Source: Deltaproteobacteria bacterium (GTDB lineage Bacteria; Myxococcota_A; UBA9160; SMWR01). From it: a stretch of DNA of 64,000 nucleotides. A program made the translations under genes and the position numbers. The notes beneath the pieces are model-generated. The model did not search any database, was not told where the DNA came from, and saw only the letters and a program-made list of their open reading frames with translations. Below, one piece after another: positions 27,629-37,391 of the stretch. How positions within the stretch are numbered: position 1 is the first letter of the stretch; each line of letters starts with the position of its first letter. The stretch is taken from contig JAQBGU010000210.1 of NCBI GenBank assembly GCA_032128375.1, positions 1 to 64,000 on the forward strand, in the 5' to 3' direction.

Positions 27629-28111
27629 ATGGCAATTTCCAAAGGCGACAAGTTGCCGGCCGGGACGCTCAAGGTAGCGGCACCCGACGGTATCAAGGAT
27701 GTGACGACCGACGAGTTGTTCGGCGGCAAGAAAGTCGTGCTGTTTGCGGTTCCAGGAGCGTTCACGCCAACCTGTTCCGCGAAGCACCTGCCCGGCTTCA
27801 TCGCCAAAGCAGGCGAAATTCGGGCCAAAGGAGTCGACACCATTGTGTGTCTTGCCGTCAATGACGCGTTCGTGATGGACGCATGGGGCAAGGCCCAGAA
27901 CGCGGGCGACAAGGTCGTGATGGCCGCGGATGGCAGCGCGGAGTTCACCCGCGCACTGGGTCTGGAGTTCGACGCGTCCAAATTCGGCATGGGTGTGCGC
28001 GCGCAGCGTTTTGCGCTGATCATCGAAGACGGTGTCGTCCAGAACGTTCAGATCGAAGCACCGATGAAGTTCGAGGTCAGTAGCGCCGAGGCGATTCTGG
28101 ATCAGCTCTAG
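27629..28111 (+). CDS. Peroxiredoxin, Prx5 (type II) family
   Basis: GKKVVLFAVPGAFTPTCSAKHLPGF, VNDAFVMDAW, G.RAQRFA. Confidence 0.95.
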   Translation: MAISKGDKLPAGTLKVAAPDGIKDVTTDELFGGKKVVLFAVPGAFTPTCSAKHLPGFIAKAGEIRAKGVDTIVCLAVNDAFVMDAWGKAQNAGDKVVMAADGSAEFTRALGLEFDASKFGMGVRAQRFALIIEDGVVQNVQIEAPMKFEVSSAEAILDQL

Positions 28112-28232
28112 GCCGCCTGTCGGCCAGTCGCCTGCCCCCACAGCGCTGCAAGTTCGGCCGACGCTCGTGTCGGCCGAACTTGCGCCCGCACCTGCCTGTG
28201 ATGGTCTCATTCAGATCTTTTTCATGGAGATC

Positions 28233-28258
28233 TGCAATTTTCTGCGTTCTCGCTCGTA
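28233..28258 (+). promoter_or_regulatory. Putative ECF-sigma promoter TGCAAT-N16-CGTA
   Basis: Matches the SigW/SigM-like -35 TG(C/A)AAC / 16-nt spacer / -10 CGT(A) layout, 37 nt upstream of the ECF sigma start. Confidence 0.55.
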
Positions 28259-28294
28259 GAAAGATACGATGACCGAACTCGTCGCGGAGCAGAA

Positions 28295-28903
28295 TTGGAC
28301 GAACTGGCAGTCCGCAAATCGGTGGAGCGAGCCCGCGTCGGCGACGCGGACGCGTTTGCAACGCTTTTTCAGCTTTTCCGTCCAGACGTGCAAAGGCTGT
28401 GTGCGCGACTGCTGGCGTCGGCCAGCGAGGCGGAAGACGCCACCAGCGAGGCGTTCCTGCGCTCGCATCGGGCGCTCGACAGCTACGACAGTTCGAAATC
28501 ATTTCGCAGCTGGTTGCTTGCGATCGCCGCACATCATTGCATCGACCAGTTGCGGCGACGCTCGACCGAGCAGCGCATTTTCGACCCGAGTGATTTCGAC
28601 CCCGAACAGCTCGCGACACAGAGCCCTACCCCACTCCACCAGCGCCTGCAGGCCGAGGTGCGCCAGCAGATCTTCGAAGGACTTGCGGCGCTGCCCGATC
28701 GCTACCGTGCCCCACTGGTGCTGCGTTACTACGCCGACCTGGACTACGACGCAATCGGAGGAATCCTGGACGTGACGCGCAACCAGGTCGCCACGCTGCT
28801 CTACCGGGCCAAGCAGCGCTTGCGCGAGCAGCTCGATTCGGACGCGGCCACCACTGCCGCTCCGGCGGCGATCCGGATGGCTTCGCGTGGGTCACAGCGA
28901 TGA
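28295..28903 (+). CDS. ECF RNA polymerase sigma-70 factor
   Basis: Region 2 (AEDATSEAF...FRSWLLAIAAHHCID) and region 4 (LPDRYRAPLVLRYYADLDYDAIGGIL....VATLLYRAKQRL); TTG start. Confidence 0.93.
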   Translation: MDELAVRKSVERARVGDADAFATLFQLFRPDVQRLCARLLASASEAEDATSEAFLRSHRALDSYDSSKSFRSWLLAIAAHHCIDQLRRRSTEQRIFDPSDFDPEQLATQSPTPLHQRLQAEVRQQIFEGLAALPDRYRAPLVLRYYADLDYDAIGGILDVTRNQVATLLYRAKQRLREQLDSDAATTAAPAAIRMASRGSQR

Positions 28904-30504
28904 GTTGCTTTGCCGAGTTCACCTACTCGGTTTATGTCGACGGGGAATTGCCGGCCGACGAACGGCGACGCGTCGACGCGCATCTGGTCGGGTGCCGGTC
29001 GTGTCGGGTGCTTGTTTCGTCCCTGCGAGACGAAGCCGGGTTGTTGTCCGATGCCCTTCACGAACGAGAACCGAACTGGCAACCAGCATCGGCTGGGATG
29101 GGCCCATCGTTTGCACTCGGCTTGCCACTCGCGATCGCAGCGGTGACCGCTGTGATCAGCGTCATCGGCGTCCTACTGGAAACCCGCTGGCCGGGTGGAC
29201 TCAGCTTATTGAACCCATTGCGGCTGAAAGGAGCTTTCGAATTGGCTTTCGATCTCGTCTTCATGTTGCGCGATCAGGTACCTGGCTTGCCGGAACTCGC
29301 ACTGGCGCTCGGTACCGTCGCTGCGGCGTCTGCACTGCTCAGCCTCGGCGTCACACAGCTCGTCGCGCGGGTCGGGCGTTCGTCTACACTGCTGCTGCTC
29401 GCTACCGCGCTGGTGTCGATGCCCGATCACGCCTCCGCGCTCGACCTTCGGATGGATCAGGACGTCCAGATTGCGCCCGGTGAACGAATCGGCGAAGCGT
29501 TGGCGGCGAGTGGCGATTTGATCGACATCGACGGAGTAATCGATGGCGATCTGATCGCCGTCGCAGAACGCATCACGATTCGCGGAACGGTGAACGGCAG
29601 CCTCTACGTTCTCACCCGCGACCTCGAGATCTCGGGCACAGTGACCGGTTCGGTGCATGCGGGAACCGAGCGGACGCGCATTACCGGCCGCGTCGGCGGA
29701 AATGTCTACGGCGCGAGCGACAACTTCTCGATCGCGGCAGACGCTGGAATCGGGCGTGACGTTGCGCTCTGGGTAGACGAAGCCGCATTCGACGGCGAGA
29801 TCGGACGCGACGTGTACTTTGCGGGCCGATGGCTCGAAATCCGCGGCCCGGTAGGCCGCAACGTCGAAGTTCGCTACGCACAAAGACTCTCGCTGCGCGA
29901 TGGCGCCCGTATCGGCGGCGACGTCGCCGCGGTGCTGGAGGCCGACGCAATCGAAATCGCGTCGGGCGCCGTGATCGGTGGCGAGTCGTCGCGAACCGCA
30001 CCCAAGGGCATGGACGAGCACATGCTGAGTCACTATTCCCAGCCTGCGTTCTATTTGTTCCTGGGTATGCGCTACGCGGCTGGAGTGTTGTTCGGAATCT
30101 TGCTCTATGCAGTGGTTCCAGGCCTGTTCGACAACCGACTTCCAACGACCCGCTCGCTGTTTCGATCGATGGCGACGGGTTTCGTCTTCGTCATCGCAGC
30201 ACCGCTGTTGATCTTGTGCAGCGGGCTGACAATCATCGGCATTCCCATCGCGGTCATGGCTAGCTTCGTCTACATCGTGACGCTGTATGCGGCCAAAATC
30301 ACTGTCGGGTCGTTGATCGGTCGCCGGGTCATGGGAAGCGAGCCCGGAATCGTTCCGTTTGGTGTAGCGCTGCTCGTAGGCCTCGGACTGTTGTCTCTCG
30401 TCACCGCCCTGCCGTACGTCGGTATCGCCGTCACGATCATCGCAGTGCTCTACGGTCTCGGAATGATCTATGATCGAGCGATGGAGTATCGCGCAGTCTT
30501 GTGA
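28900..30504 (+). CDS. Zinc-finger (HxxxCxxC) anti-sigma factor fused to bactofilin-like beta-helix repeats and a C-terminal multi-TM domain
   Basis: YVDGEL...HLVGCRSC; TM segments; repeats of the type I.G.V.GD/S; ~5 C-terminal TM helices. ATGA overlap with the sigma stop. Confidence 0.82.
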   Translation: MSCFAEFTYSVYVDGELPADERRRVDAHLVGCRSCRVLVSSLRDEAGLLSDALHEREPNWQPASAGMGPSFALGLPLAIAAVTAVISVIGVLLETRWPGGLSLLNPLRLKGAFELAFDLVFMLRDQVPGLPELALALGTVAAASALLSLGVTQLVARVGRSSTLLLLATALVSMPDHASALDLRMDQDVQIAPGERIGEALAASGDLIDIDGVIDGDLIAVAERITIRGTVNGSLYVLTRDLEISGTVTGSVHAGTERTRITGRVGGNVYGASDNFSIAADAGIGRDVALWVDEAAFDGEIGRDVYFAGRWLEIRGPVGRNVEVRYAQRLSLRDGARIGGDVAAVLEADAIEIASGAVIGGESSRTAPKGMDEHMLSHYSQPAFYLFLGMRYAAGVLFGILLYAVVPGLFDNRLPTTRSLFRSMATGFVFVIAAPLLILCSGLTIIGIPIAVMASFVYIVTLYAAKITVGSLIGRRVMGSEPGIVPFGVALLVGLGLLSLVTALPYVGIAVTIIAVLYGLGMIYDRAMEYRAVL

Positions 30505-30549
30505 TTTTTCGGCCGACCGGGTCCCGCCCGAAAGGTACCCTCCAGCCCA

Positions 30550-31716
30550 ATGTCCATGTCTCTGCCTGTAAAAGAAGCCATCGAACCCTTCCGAATCGAC
30601 ATCGAAGACGCCGTGCTGGACGATCTTCGCGACCGACTGGCGCGCACGCGCTTCCCCGACGAAGTCAATGACGCCGATTGGAGCTACGGGACGCGTCTCG
30701 ACTACTTGAAGGAGCTGTGCGCCTACTGGCGCGACGCGTTCGATTGGCGCGCCCGAGAAGCCGCTTTGAATCGCTTCGAGCAGTTCACCACGACAATCGG
30801 CAATCTCCGCTTGCACTTCATTTGCGCTCGCTCCGCGGAGCCCGACGCGCTCCCGCTGGTGATCACACACGGCTGGCCGGGCTCGATCGCCGAATTCAGC
30901 AAGATCATCGAACCGCTGAGAAATCCCCGCGCGCACGGCGGTAACGCTTCCGATGCGTTCCATGTCGTGTGTCCGTCGATTCCCGGCTACGCATTCTCCG
31001 AAGCCGCACGAGAGCCGGGTATGGACGCCAAGCGTGTCGCGGAACACTTCTCAGAGTTGATGGCTCGGCTCGGGTTTGGTCGCTATGGCGCCCAGGGTGG
31101 TGATTGGGGATCCTCCGTTTCGACGCTGTTGGGTGTCGTAGACCCTGAACACTGCATTGGAATCCACCTGAACATGTTGGCTGCGCGTCCACCCAGGGAT
31201 TCGAGCAATCCCCTGGAAGGCTTGAGCGAAGCGGAGCTCGCCCGATTCGCCGACCGCAAGCGCTTCACCGCTGAACAGATGGGTTATTTCCGAATCCAGG
31301 CCTCGAAGCCCCAATCGCTCGGTTATGGACTCAACGATTCTCCGGCCGGTCTGGCAGGCTGGATCGTCGAGAAATTCCGCGCCTGGAGCGATTGCGATGG
31401 CGATGTGGAACGACGCTTCAGCAAGGACGAACTGCTGACCAACATCACCCTGTACTGGGTGACGCAGACCATCACGTCCTCGACGCGTCTGTATCGCGAA
31501 CACACTCACAGCCGCGGAATGGACGAGATCAGCCGTGTTCCCACCGGCGCCGCGATATTTCCGGGCGAACTCGCGCTGACGCCGCGAAGCTGGGCGGAAC
31601 ACAGCTACAACCTGATCCACTGGACCGAAATGCCTTCGGGCGGACATTTCGCGGCCATGGAGGAGCCGGAGCTGTTGGTCGAAGACATTCGCGCCTTCTT
31701 TCAAAAGGTGCGCTGA
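30550..31716 (+). CDS. Epoxide hydrolase (microsomal-type, EHN domain)
   Basis: LDDLRDRLARTRFP, THGWPGS, PSIPGYAFS, QGGDWG, SGGHFAAMEEP. Confidence 0.94.
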   Translation: MSMSLPVKEAIEPFRIDIEDAVLDDLRDRLARTRFPDEVNDADWSYGTRLDYLKELCAYWRDAFDWRAREAALNRFEQFTTTIGNLRLHFICARSAEPDALPLVITHGWPGSIAEFSKIIEPLRNPRAHGGNASDAFHVVCPSIPGYAFSEAAREPGMDAKRVAEHFSELMARLGFGRYGAQGGDWGSSVSTLLGVVDPEHCIGIHLNMLAARPPRDSSNPLEGLSEAELARFADRKRFTAEQMGYFRIQASKPQSLGYGLNDSPAGLAGWIVEKFRAWSDCDGDVERRFSKDELLTNITLYWVTQTITSSTRLYREHTHSRGMDEISRVPTGAAIFPGELALTPRSWAEHSYNLIHWTEMPSGGHFAAMEEPELLVEDIRAFFQKVR

Positions 31717-31781
31717 TCAGCCTCGCGGCGGCTGAACGATTCCACAACGTCAATGCAAGCGACGAATAGCGGAGAGAACTC

Positions 31782-32552
31782 ATGTGGCTGCGACTGCGTC
31801 AGATCGCGTTGCTGGCGGAGAAACTCGCTCCCGTCCAAACGCAACTCGAAGAAATCCTCGGCATCGAAGTCTGTTACCGCGATCCGGGTGTCGGCCACTT
31901 CGGACTGGAGAACATTCTGCTGCCGATCGGCAATCAGCTGCTCGAAGTCGTCGCGCCGATTCGGGATGACACCGCCGGAGGGCGCTATCTCCAGCGGCGC
32001 GGCGGCGATGGTGGCTACATGGTCATCACCCAATGCGACGATCACGCGCCGCGCCGCGCACGCGTCGAGCAGCTGGGTATTCGCATCGTCACTCAATTCA
32101 ACACCGAAGAATTTCAGAACATGCAACTGCACCCAAGGGACACGGGTGGTTCGTTCTTCGAGATCGATGAGCAGCTCGGACCGGACGCGCACGCACCAGA
32201 CGGACCGTGGGAACCGGCGGGCGCCGATTGGAAGGCGAGCCGACGGCTCGATCGCGTGACGGGCATCGCGGCTGCGGAGATTCAGGCCGCCGACCCGCTA
32301 GAGGTCGCGGGGCGCTGGTCGCAGATCGCGGAAATCGAACTCTCCGCCGATCCCAACGGTCATCCACGGCTGCCGCTCGACAATGCGCATATTCGATTCG
32401 TGCCGTGTTCGGACGGTCGCCCCGAGGGTCTCGGCGGGATCGATCTCGAAACCCACGATGTGGGTGCAATTCTCGAGGCCGCCGCCGCGCGTGGTCTCGT
32501 CAGCGGGGAGCGACAGATTCGGCTGTGTGGGATGCGGATGAATCTGATTTGA
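31782..32552 (+). CDS. VOC / glyoxalase-like family protein
   Basis: RLRQIAL, FGLENILLPIGNQLLEVVAP, GDGGYMVITQ, QLHPRDTGG. Confidence 0.85.
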   Translation: MWLRLRQIALLAEKLAPVQTQLEEILGIEVCYRDPGVGHFGLENILLPIGNQLLEVVAPIRDDTAGGRYLQRRGGDGGYMVITQCDDHAPRRARVEQLGIRIVTQFNTEEFQNMQLHPRDTGGSFFEIDEQLGPDAHAPDGPWEPAGADWKASRRLDRVTGIAAAEIQAADPLEVAGRWSQIAEIELSADPNGHPRLPLDNAHIRFVPCSDGRPEGLGGIDLETHDVGAILEAAAARGLVSGERQIRLCGMRMNLI

Positions 32553-32632
32553 ACCACGACGCGCCGGGCAACATCGGCGACTTGGAGGAGGTGCGGGTCG
32601 CTCGAATCGAATCCCGGTCATTCAGTCGGGAA

Positions 32633-33709
32633 TCAGCTGAAGTGCGATAATCGAGCGCTGCGCTCGCGGTGAACGTCTGGGGTGCCGAGGTAGGCGCGGT
32701 CGAACAGCGCGCGCTTGAGCCAGATGTGGATTTCGCACTCCCAGGTGAGCCCGATTCCGCCGTAGATCTCGACTGCATCGCGCGCGGCTTGAGCGTATCG
32801 GTCGGTGAGGTGCGCCTTGGCGATCGCGGCGACCTGTGCGGATTCGTCGCGGATGTGATCGAACGCGTGAGCGGCGTACCAGAACAGGCCGCGAGCGGGT
32901 TCGATGTCGATCGCCATGTTGGCCAGTTGATGCTTGACGGCCTGGAACTCGCCGATCTTCTGGCCGAATTGTTCGCGGGTCTTGGCGTACTCGGTCGAGA
33001 ACTGGACGAGCTGCCAGCCACCGCCGAACGCATCGGCGGCCAGCAAAATCAACGCGGCATCGCGCACGCGTCGACCCGCGGCAACGGCGAGTTCTTCCGC
33101 CGGGGTCTCGTTGAAAGTCACGCTGAAACTCCGACGCGTCCGGTCCGCGCTGTCGACCGGCTCCAGCTTGACGCCAGCAGCGTCTGCATCGACTAACGCG
33201 AGCTTGCCCTCCGATAGCGCTACGACAAACAGTGCGGCGCGATCCGCGCTGGTCACGTAGTGCTTCGTCGCGGTGAGCGTTCCATCCACGATTTGGGCAG
33301 TGAGGTCGTCGGGGTCCCAGACCCCTGCCCCCTCGCCCAGTGCGATCGCAGCAATCCGACTTCCTTCTGCCAGATCGGGGAGCACGCGCTCCTTCTGTGC
33401 GTCGCTTCCGCCTTCGAGCAGCGCGAGCGCGGCGAGCGAGTGGCCGAGCAGCGGCGAGGGCACCGCGCCCGCCCCCAGAACCTCGGCCACCAATGCGAGA
33501 TCGAGCATCTCGAGCCCGGCGCCCCCGTAAGACTCGGGTATCAGCAGACCCGCCACGCCCATCTCTAAAAGACCCTTCCAGATGGTTTCATCGAAATCCG
33601 AATCGCTGTCGTAGATTTCGCGCAGCCGCGACAGCGGGCACTCGTTCGCTACGAAATTGCGGACCGTTTCCTGCAACAGTCTGTGTTCTTCGGTGAGTCC
33701 AAAATCCAT
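32633..33709 (-). CDS. Acyl-CoA dehydrogenase family, short partner subunit
   Basis: MDFGLTEE..LLQETVR, YAKTREQFGQKIGEFQAVKHQLA, YGGIGLTWE..HIWLKRA. Confidence 0.9.
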   Translation of the reverse strand: MDFGLTEEHRLLQETVRNFVANECPLSRLREIYDSDSDFDETIWKGLLEMGVAGLLIPESYGGAGLEMLDLALVAEVLGAGAVPSPLLGHSLAALALLEGGSDAQKERVLPDLAEGSRIAAIALGEGAGVWDPDDLTAQIVDGTLTATKHYVTSADRAALFVVALSEGKLALVDADAAGVKLEPVDSADRTRRSFSVTFNETPAEELAVAAGRRVRDAALILLAADAFGGGWQLVQFSTEYAKTREQFGQKIGEFQAVKHQLANMAIDIEPARGLFWYAAHAFDHIRDESAQVAAIAKAHLTDRYAQAARDAVEIYGGIGLTWECEIHIWLKRALFDRAYLGTPDVHRERSARLSHFS

Positions 33710-33716
33710 GGCTTAG

Positions 33717-34928
33717 CTATTTCTGCCCCGGGTTGGCGGCGCGCTGGCGCGGTAGGCCGAGCCCCCGCTCTGCGATGATGTTGCGCTGGATGTTGGCCGT
33801 GCCACCGGCGGTCGCGATCCCGAGCGACCACACGTAGTCTCCCAGCCACGACGCGTGTTTTCCATCGTCGACCGGCGAGTAGGCCAGCGATGAAGCTGCC
33901 TCGAGGGCACTGTCACCGATCAGTTCGAGCGCGAGCTTCGAGATCATGTGACCGATATTCGTCGAGTTGATCTTCGTCATCATTGCGTCGATCCCAGGCA
34001 TCTCGCCACGGGCGATACAGGTCAGCATCCGGTGGCCCGAATAGATCTGCGTCGCCACGTAACCCTGAACCTCGGCGAGCCGCTGGCGAATGTTCGCATC
34101 CTCCGACGCGGGCCGACCGTTTCGCTCGACGCTCTGCGCGAGCTTCACCAGGGCCGCGAAATTGGCCTTCATGCGGTCCGAGTTTCCGATCAGGTTTCGC
34201 TCGTGCATCAGCGTCGCACGCGAAACCGCCCAACCCTCACCCCGCTCGCCGACGACGTTCGCAACCGGCACGCGAACATCGTCGAAGAAGACCTCACAGA
34301 ACTCTTCGGCGCGCGTCATCTGCATCACCGTGGCCGCTCGTACACCGGGAGATTTCATGTCGATGAGCAGGTACGAGATCCCCGCGTGTTTGCCTGCATC
34401 GGGTTCGGTTCGGACCAACGCGAACATCATGTCGGCCTCGTGGGCGCCGGACGTCCAGATTTTGTGGCCGTTGACGACCCAATGATCGCCGTCGAGTTCG
34501 GCCCGGGTCTGGATTGACGCCAGGTCGCTGCCGGCGGCTGGCTCACTGTAGCCCTGACACCAGGTCATTTCACCGCGCAGTGTCGGTGGAATGTATTGCA
34601 GCTTCTGCTGATCCGTGCCCTTTTCCAACAACGTCGGTGCGAGCATCGACGCACCCTGACCCGACAACTCGCCCGGCACCCCAGCGCGCGCGAACTCTTC
34701 GAGGATGATGTTGGAGCGCAAAATATCGGAGGGCTGTTCGGACCCGCCGTACTCCTTCGGGAAGGTCCGATACAGGTAACCGCGATCGGTCGCACGTTCG
34801 CGAAACAGCGCTTCGCGCTCGGCAAGCGGTAAGGCCGCCTCTTCGCCTCCGAGCGGCCAGCCTGCTTCGACAAATTCTCTCACTTCTGCGCGAAAGGCCT
34901 CGTACTCCGGCGTGTAGCGCAGGTCCAT
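33717..34928 (-). CDS. Acyl-CoA dehydrogenase family, catalytic subunit (FadE26/FadE29-like)
   Basis: WCQGYSEPAAGSDLAS, NGHKIWTSGAH, EVFFDDVRVP, TLMHER, AGGTANIQRNIIAERGLGLPR; ATG at 34928. Confidence 0.92.
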   Translation of the reverse strand: MDLRYTPEYEAFRAEVREFVEAGWPLGGEEAALPLAEREALFRERATDRGYLYRTFPKEYGGSEQPSDILRSNIILEEFARAGVPGELSGQGASMLAPTLLEKGTDQQKLQYIPPTLRGEMTWCQGYSEPAAGSDLASIQTRAELDGDHWVVNGHKIWTSGAHEADMMFALVRTEPDAGKHAGISYLLIDMKSPGVRAATVMQMTRAEEFCEVFFDDVRVPVANVVGERGEGWAVSRATLMHERNLIGNSDRMKANFAALVKLAQSVERNGRPASEDANIRQRLAEVQGYVATQIYSGHRMLTCIARGEMPGIDAMMTKINSTNIGHMISKLALELIGDSALEAASSLAYSPVDDGKHASWLGDYVWSLGIATAGGTANIQRNIIAERGLGLPRQRAANPGQK

Positions 34929-35238
34929 CGCGTGCTCCGACTTGGCGCTCCCCGCCGACGCGCGCCCAATCGCCTCAATCGAGGAAGCACCCGAAATGAA
35001 GGCCGCAGAAGCTACCGGTCGCGCCATCGTGCAGCAAGCGGCGGGGGCTGGCCCAAATCCGCCGAAGGGCGGACAGCGCAGGTTGGCCATCTCTAGCCAC
35101 TTCCGCGCTCCCCGCTGAGCCCAGAATTTCGGATCGGGTCCAGGGGGTATCGAGCCGAACCGATCGCCTGTTGGATGCTCGAGCCAGCGCCAGGGCAATC
35201 AGCAGCGCCCTTCCACGGGCCTGTTAAACTGGGTCCCA

Positions 35239-36684
35239 ATGTCATTTTCCGAATACGCCAGTTTCGACGGGTTGGCGCTCGCCGAGCGGGTCAAGCGCGG
35301 CGACGTCAGCGCGGTCGAGTTGGTGGAAGCCGCGATCGCGGCCGCCGAACGTCACAACCCCGCAATCAACGCGTTCGTCTTCGACATGTTCGAGATTGCG
35401 CGCGACTGCGCGCGCAAGTCGGATGCGGATGCGGGTGATGCGCCGTTTCGAGGCGTGCCGTTCGCATTGAAGGACCTGATGGGCAACTACACAGGTGTGC
35501 CCACGACCTGCGCCAGCCGCTTCCTGGCTGGCGTTCCGGCGAACCACGACAGCGAGTTGGTGGTGCGATTCAAGCGGGCCGGGCTTTTGCCTATCGGCAA
35601 GACCAATTGCTCGGAGTTCGGCCTGATACCGACCAGTGAGTCCGACCTGCACGGCGATTGTCGAAACCCCTGGAACCTCGAGTATTCATCGGGTGGCTCG
35701 AGCGGAGGTTCCGCGGCCGCCGTGGCAGCTGGCATCATACCGGTCGCGCATGCCAGTGATGGCGGCGGATCGATTCGTATCCCGGCTTCCTGTTGTGGAT
35801 TGGTAGGAATGAAGCCCACGCGTGGCCGCAACACGCTGGCCCCGCTGATCGGCGATGTAATGGGCGGCTTCGTGATCGAGCACGCGGTCTCGCGAACGGT
35901 TCGCGATAGTGCGGCGCTGCTCGATTGCACAGCGGGTCCATCCGCGGGCGACCCCTACTACCCGGCCGCGCCCGAGCGGCCGTACCTCGACGAGGTGACG
36001 CGCGAACCCCGAAAGCTCCGAATTGCCAGTTGGTCGAAGAGCATGCGCGGGGCCGAGATCGACGCCGATTGCCGCGACGCCGCCGAACAGGCAGCCGCTC
36101 TTTGCGCCGAACTCGGTCACGAAGTCGCGGAGGCCGTGCCGCCGGTCAATATGGACATGATCACCGACGCGTTTCTGACCATCTGGGCCGCAGGCGCCGC
36201 CGGTACGATCGACCTGCTGCAGCTGGCGTCGGGTCGCGCGCCGACGCCGGAGTACTTCGAACCGCTGACATGGGCGTTGTACGAGCGCGGCAAAGCGTAC
36301 AGCGCATCGGATTATCAACGCGCCATCGCGCTGACCCAGCTCGCCTCACGCCAGATCGGCGCGTTCTTCGAGAACTACGATGTCTGGATCTGCCCCACGC
36401 TCGAAAAGCCGCCGATGAAGCTGGGCACAATCGATCGAAACGAGACCGATATTCACAAGGCGTTCGAGCCGGTGCTCGAATACGCGACGTTCACCCCAAT
36501 CTTCAACGCGACCGGGCAGCCGGCGATTTCGCTGCCTCTACACGCAACCGCCTCCGGCCTGCCAGTGGGTGTCCAGTTCGCCGGTCCGTATGGCGAAGAA
36601 GGAAAGTTGTTTCAGTTGGCCGGTCAGATCGAGCGCGCAACACCCTGGATCGATCGAAAGCCCCCGACCTGGTCATCGGTGTAG
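35239..36684 (+). CDS. Amidase signature family protein
   Basis: [33 protein letters not shown]. Confidence 0.95.
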   Translation: MSFSEYASFDGLALAERVKRGDVSAVELVEAAIAAAERHNPAINAFVFDMFEIARDCARKSDADAGDAPFRGVPFALKDLMGNYTGVPTTCASRFLAGVPANHDSELVVRFKRAGLLPIGKTNCSEFGLIPTSESDLHGDCRNPWNLEYSSGGSSGGSAAAVAAGIIPVAHASDGGGSIRIPASCCGLVGMKPTRGRNTLAPLIGDVMGGFVIEHAVSRTVRDSAALLDCTAGPSAGDPYYPAAPERPYLDEVTREPRKLRIASWSKSMRGAEIDADCRDAAEQAAALCAELGHEVAEAVPPVNMDMITDAFLTIWAAGAAGTIDLLQLASGRAPTPEYFEPLTWALYERGKAYSASDYQRAIALTQLASRQIGAFFENYDVWICPTLEKPPMKLGTIDRNETDIHKAFEPVLEYATFTPIFNATGQPAISLPLHATASGLPVGVQFAGPYGEEGKLFQLAGQIERATPWIDRKPPTWSSV

Positions 36685-36713
36685 GGATTCGGCGAGAGTG
36701 AGGGCGCAAGGCA

Positions 36714-37355
36714 ATGACCGCAATTCCAAGCGCTCGAAAAACGCAAAGGGAGCCCCGATGGCGAGGATGCTGGCTTTGGTACGTTCGAAACTGGCCCGCC
36801 CTGGTCTGCATGCTGGTGGTGGTTGCGGGGCGCTCCTCACTGGCAGATCACTACATCGTTCCATCGGGCTCGATGGAACCGACTCTGGTACCCGGCGACC
36901 GCGTACTGGTCGACAAGATGAGCTTCGGCATCCGGCTACCGTTCTCCGAAATCGTATTGATTCCGGGCGATTCGCCGCTGGCAGGCGATGTCGTGATCTT
37001 CGATTCGCCCGAAGATGGCATCCGGCTGATCAAGCGCGTCGTAGCACTCGCGGGTGATCGCGTAGAACTGAGAAGCGGTCGGCTGCAGATCAATGGCCAG
37101 AGTCTATCGGACGGCGACGGCGCGGCCGAAGAGCACTTCGCAGCCGGCACGGCTCGCATCAGTCTGGCGTACGGTGGAGGCCGAGACTTCGGGCCGACCA
37201 CTATCCCCGAAGGACAGCTGATGGTGCTGGGTGACTCGCGTGGAAACAGCCGAGACAGCCGCTACTTTGGATTCGTCGAAGTCGACGACCTGTACGCGCG
37301 AGCCACCCGGGTCTTCTACCGAAGCGACGACGGCTTCGTATGGCTCCCGCTATAG
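36714..37355 (+). CDS. lepB: Signal peptidase I
   Basis: VPSGSMEPTL (catalytic Ser), LIKRVV (catalytic Lys), GDSRGNSRDSRYFG. Confidence 0.92.
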   Translation: MTAIPSARKTQREPRWRGCWLWYVRNWPALVCMLVVVAGRSSLADHYIVPSGSMEPTLVPGDRVLVDKMSFGIRLPFSEIVLIPGDSPLAGDVVIFDSPEDGIRLIKRVVALAGDRVELRSGRLQINGQSLSDGDGAAEEHFAAGTARISLAYGGGRDFGPTTIPEGQLMVLGDSRGNSRDSRYFGFVEVDDLYARATRVFYRSDDGFVWLPL

Positions 37356-37391
37356 GGATCCATCGACCCGCAACGTCGGGCTTGCGCCCGA

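Noticed and set aside
28269..28775. ATG-initiated ORF just downstream of the putative ECF promoter
   Set aside because: Out of frame with the sigma factor and Arg/Ser/Cys-rich shadow composition.
29206..31047. Long antisense ORFs here and elsewhere (e.g. 43517-44998, 21330-22664, 50741-52234)
   Set aside because: Shadow ORFs typical of high-GC coding regions, overlapping well-supported genes.
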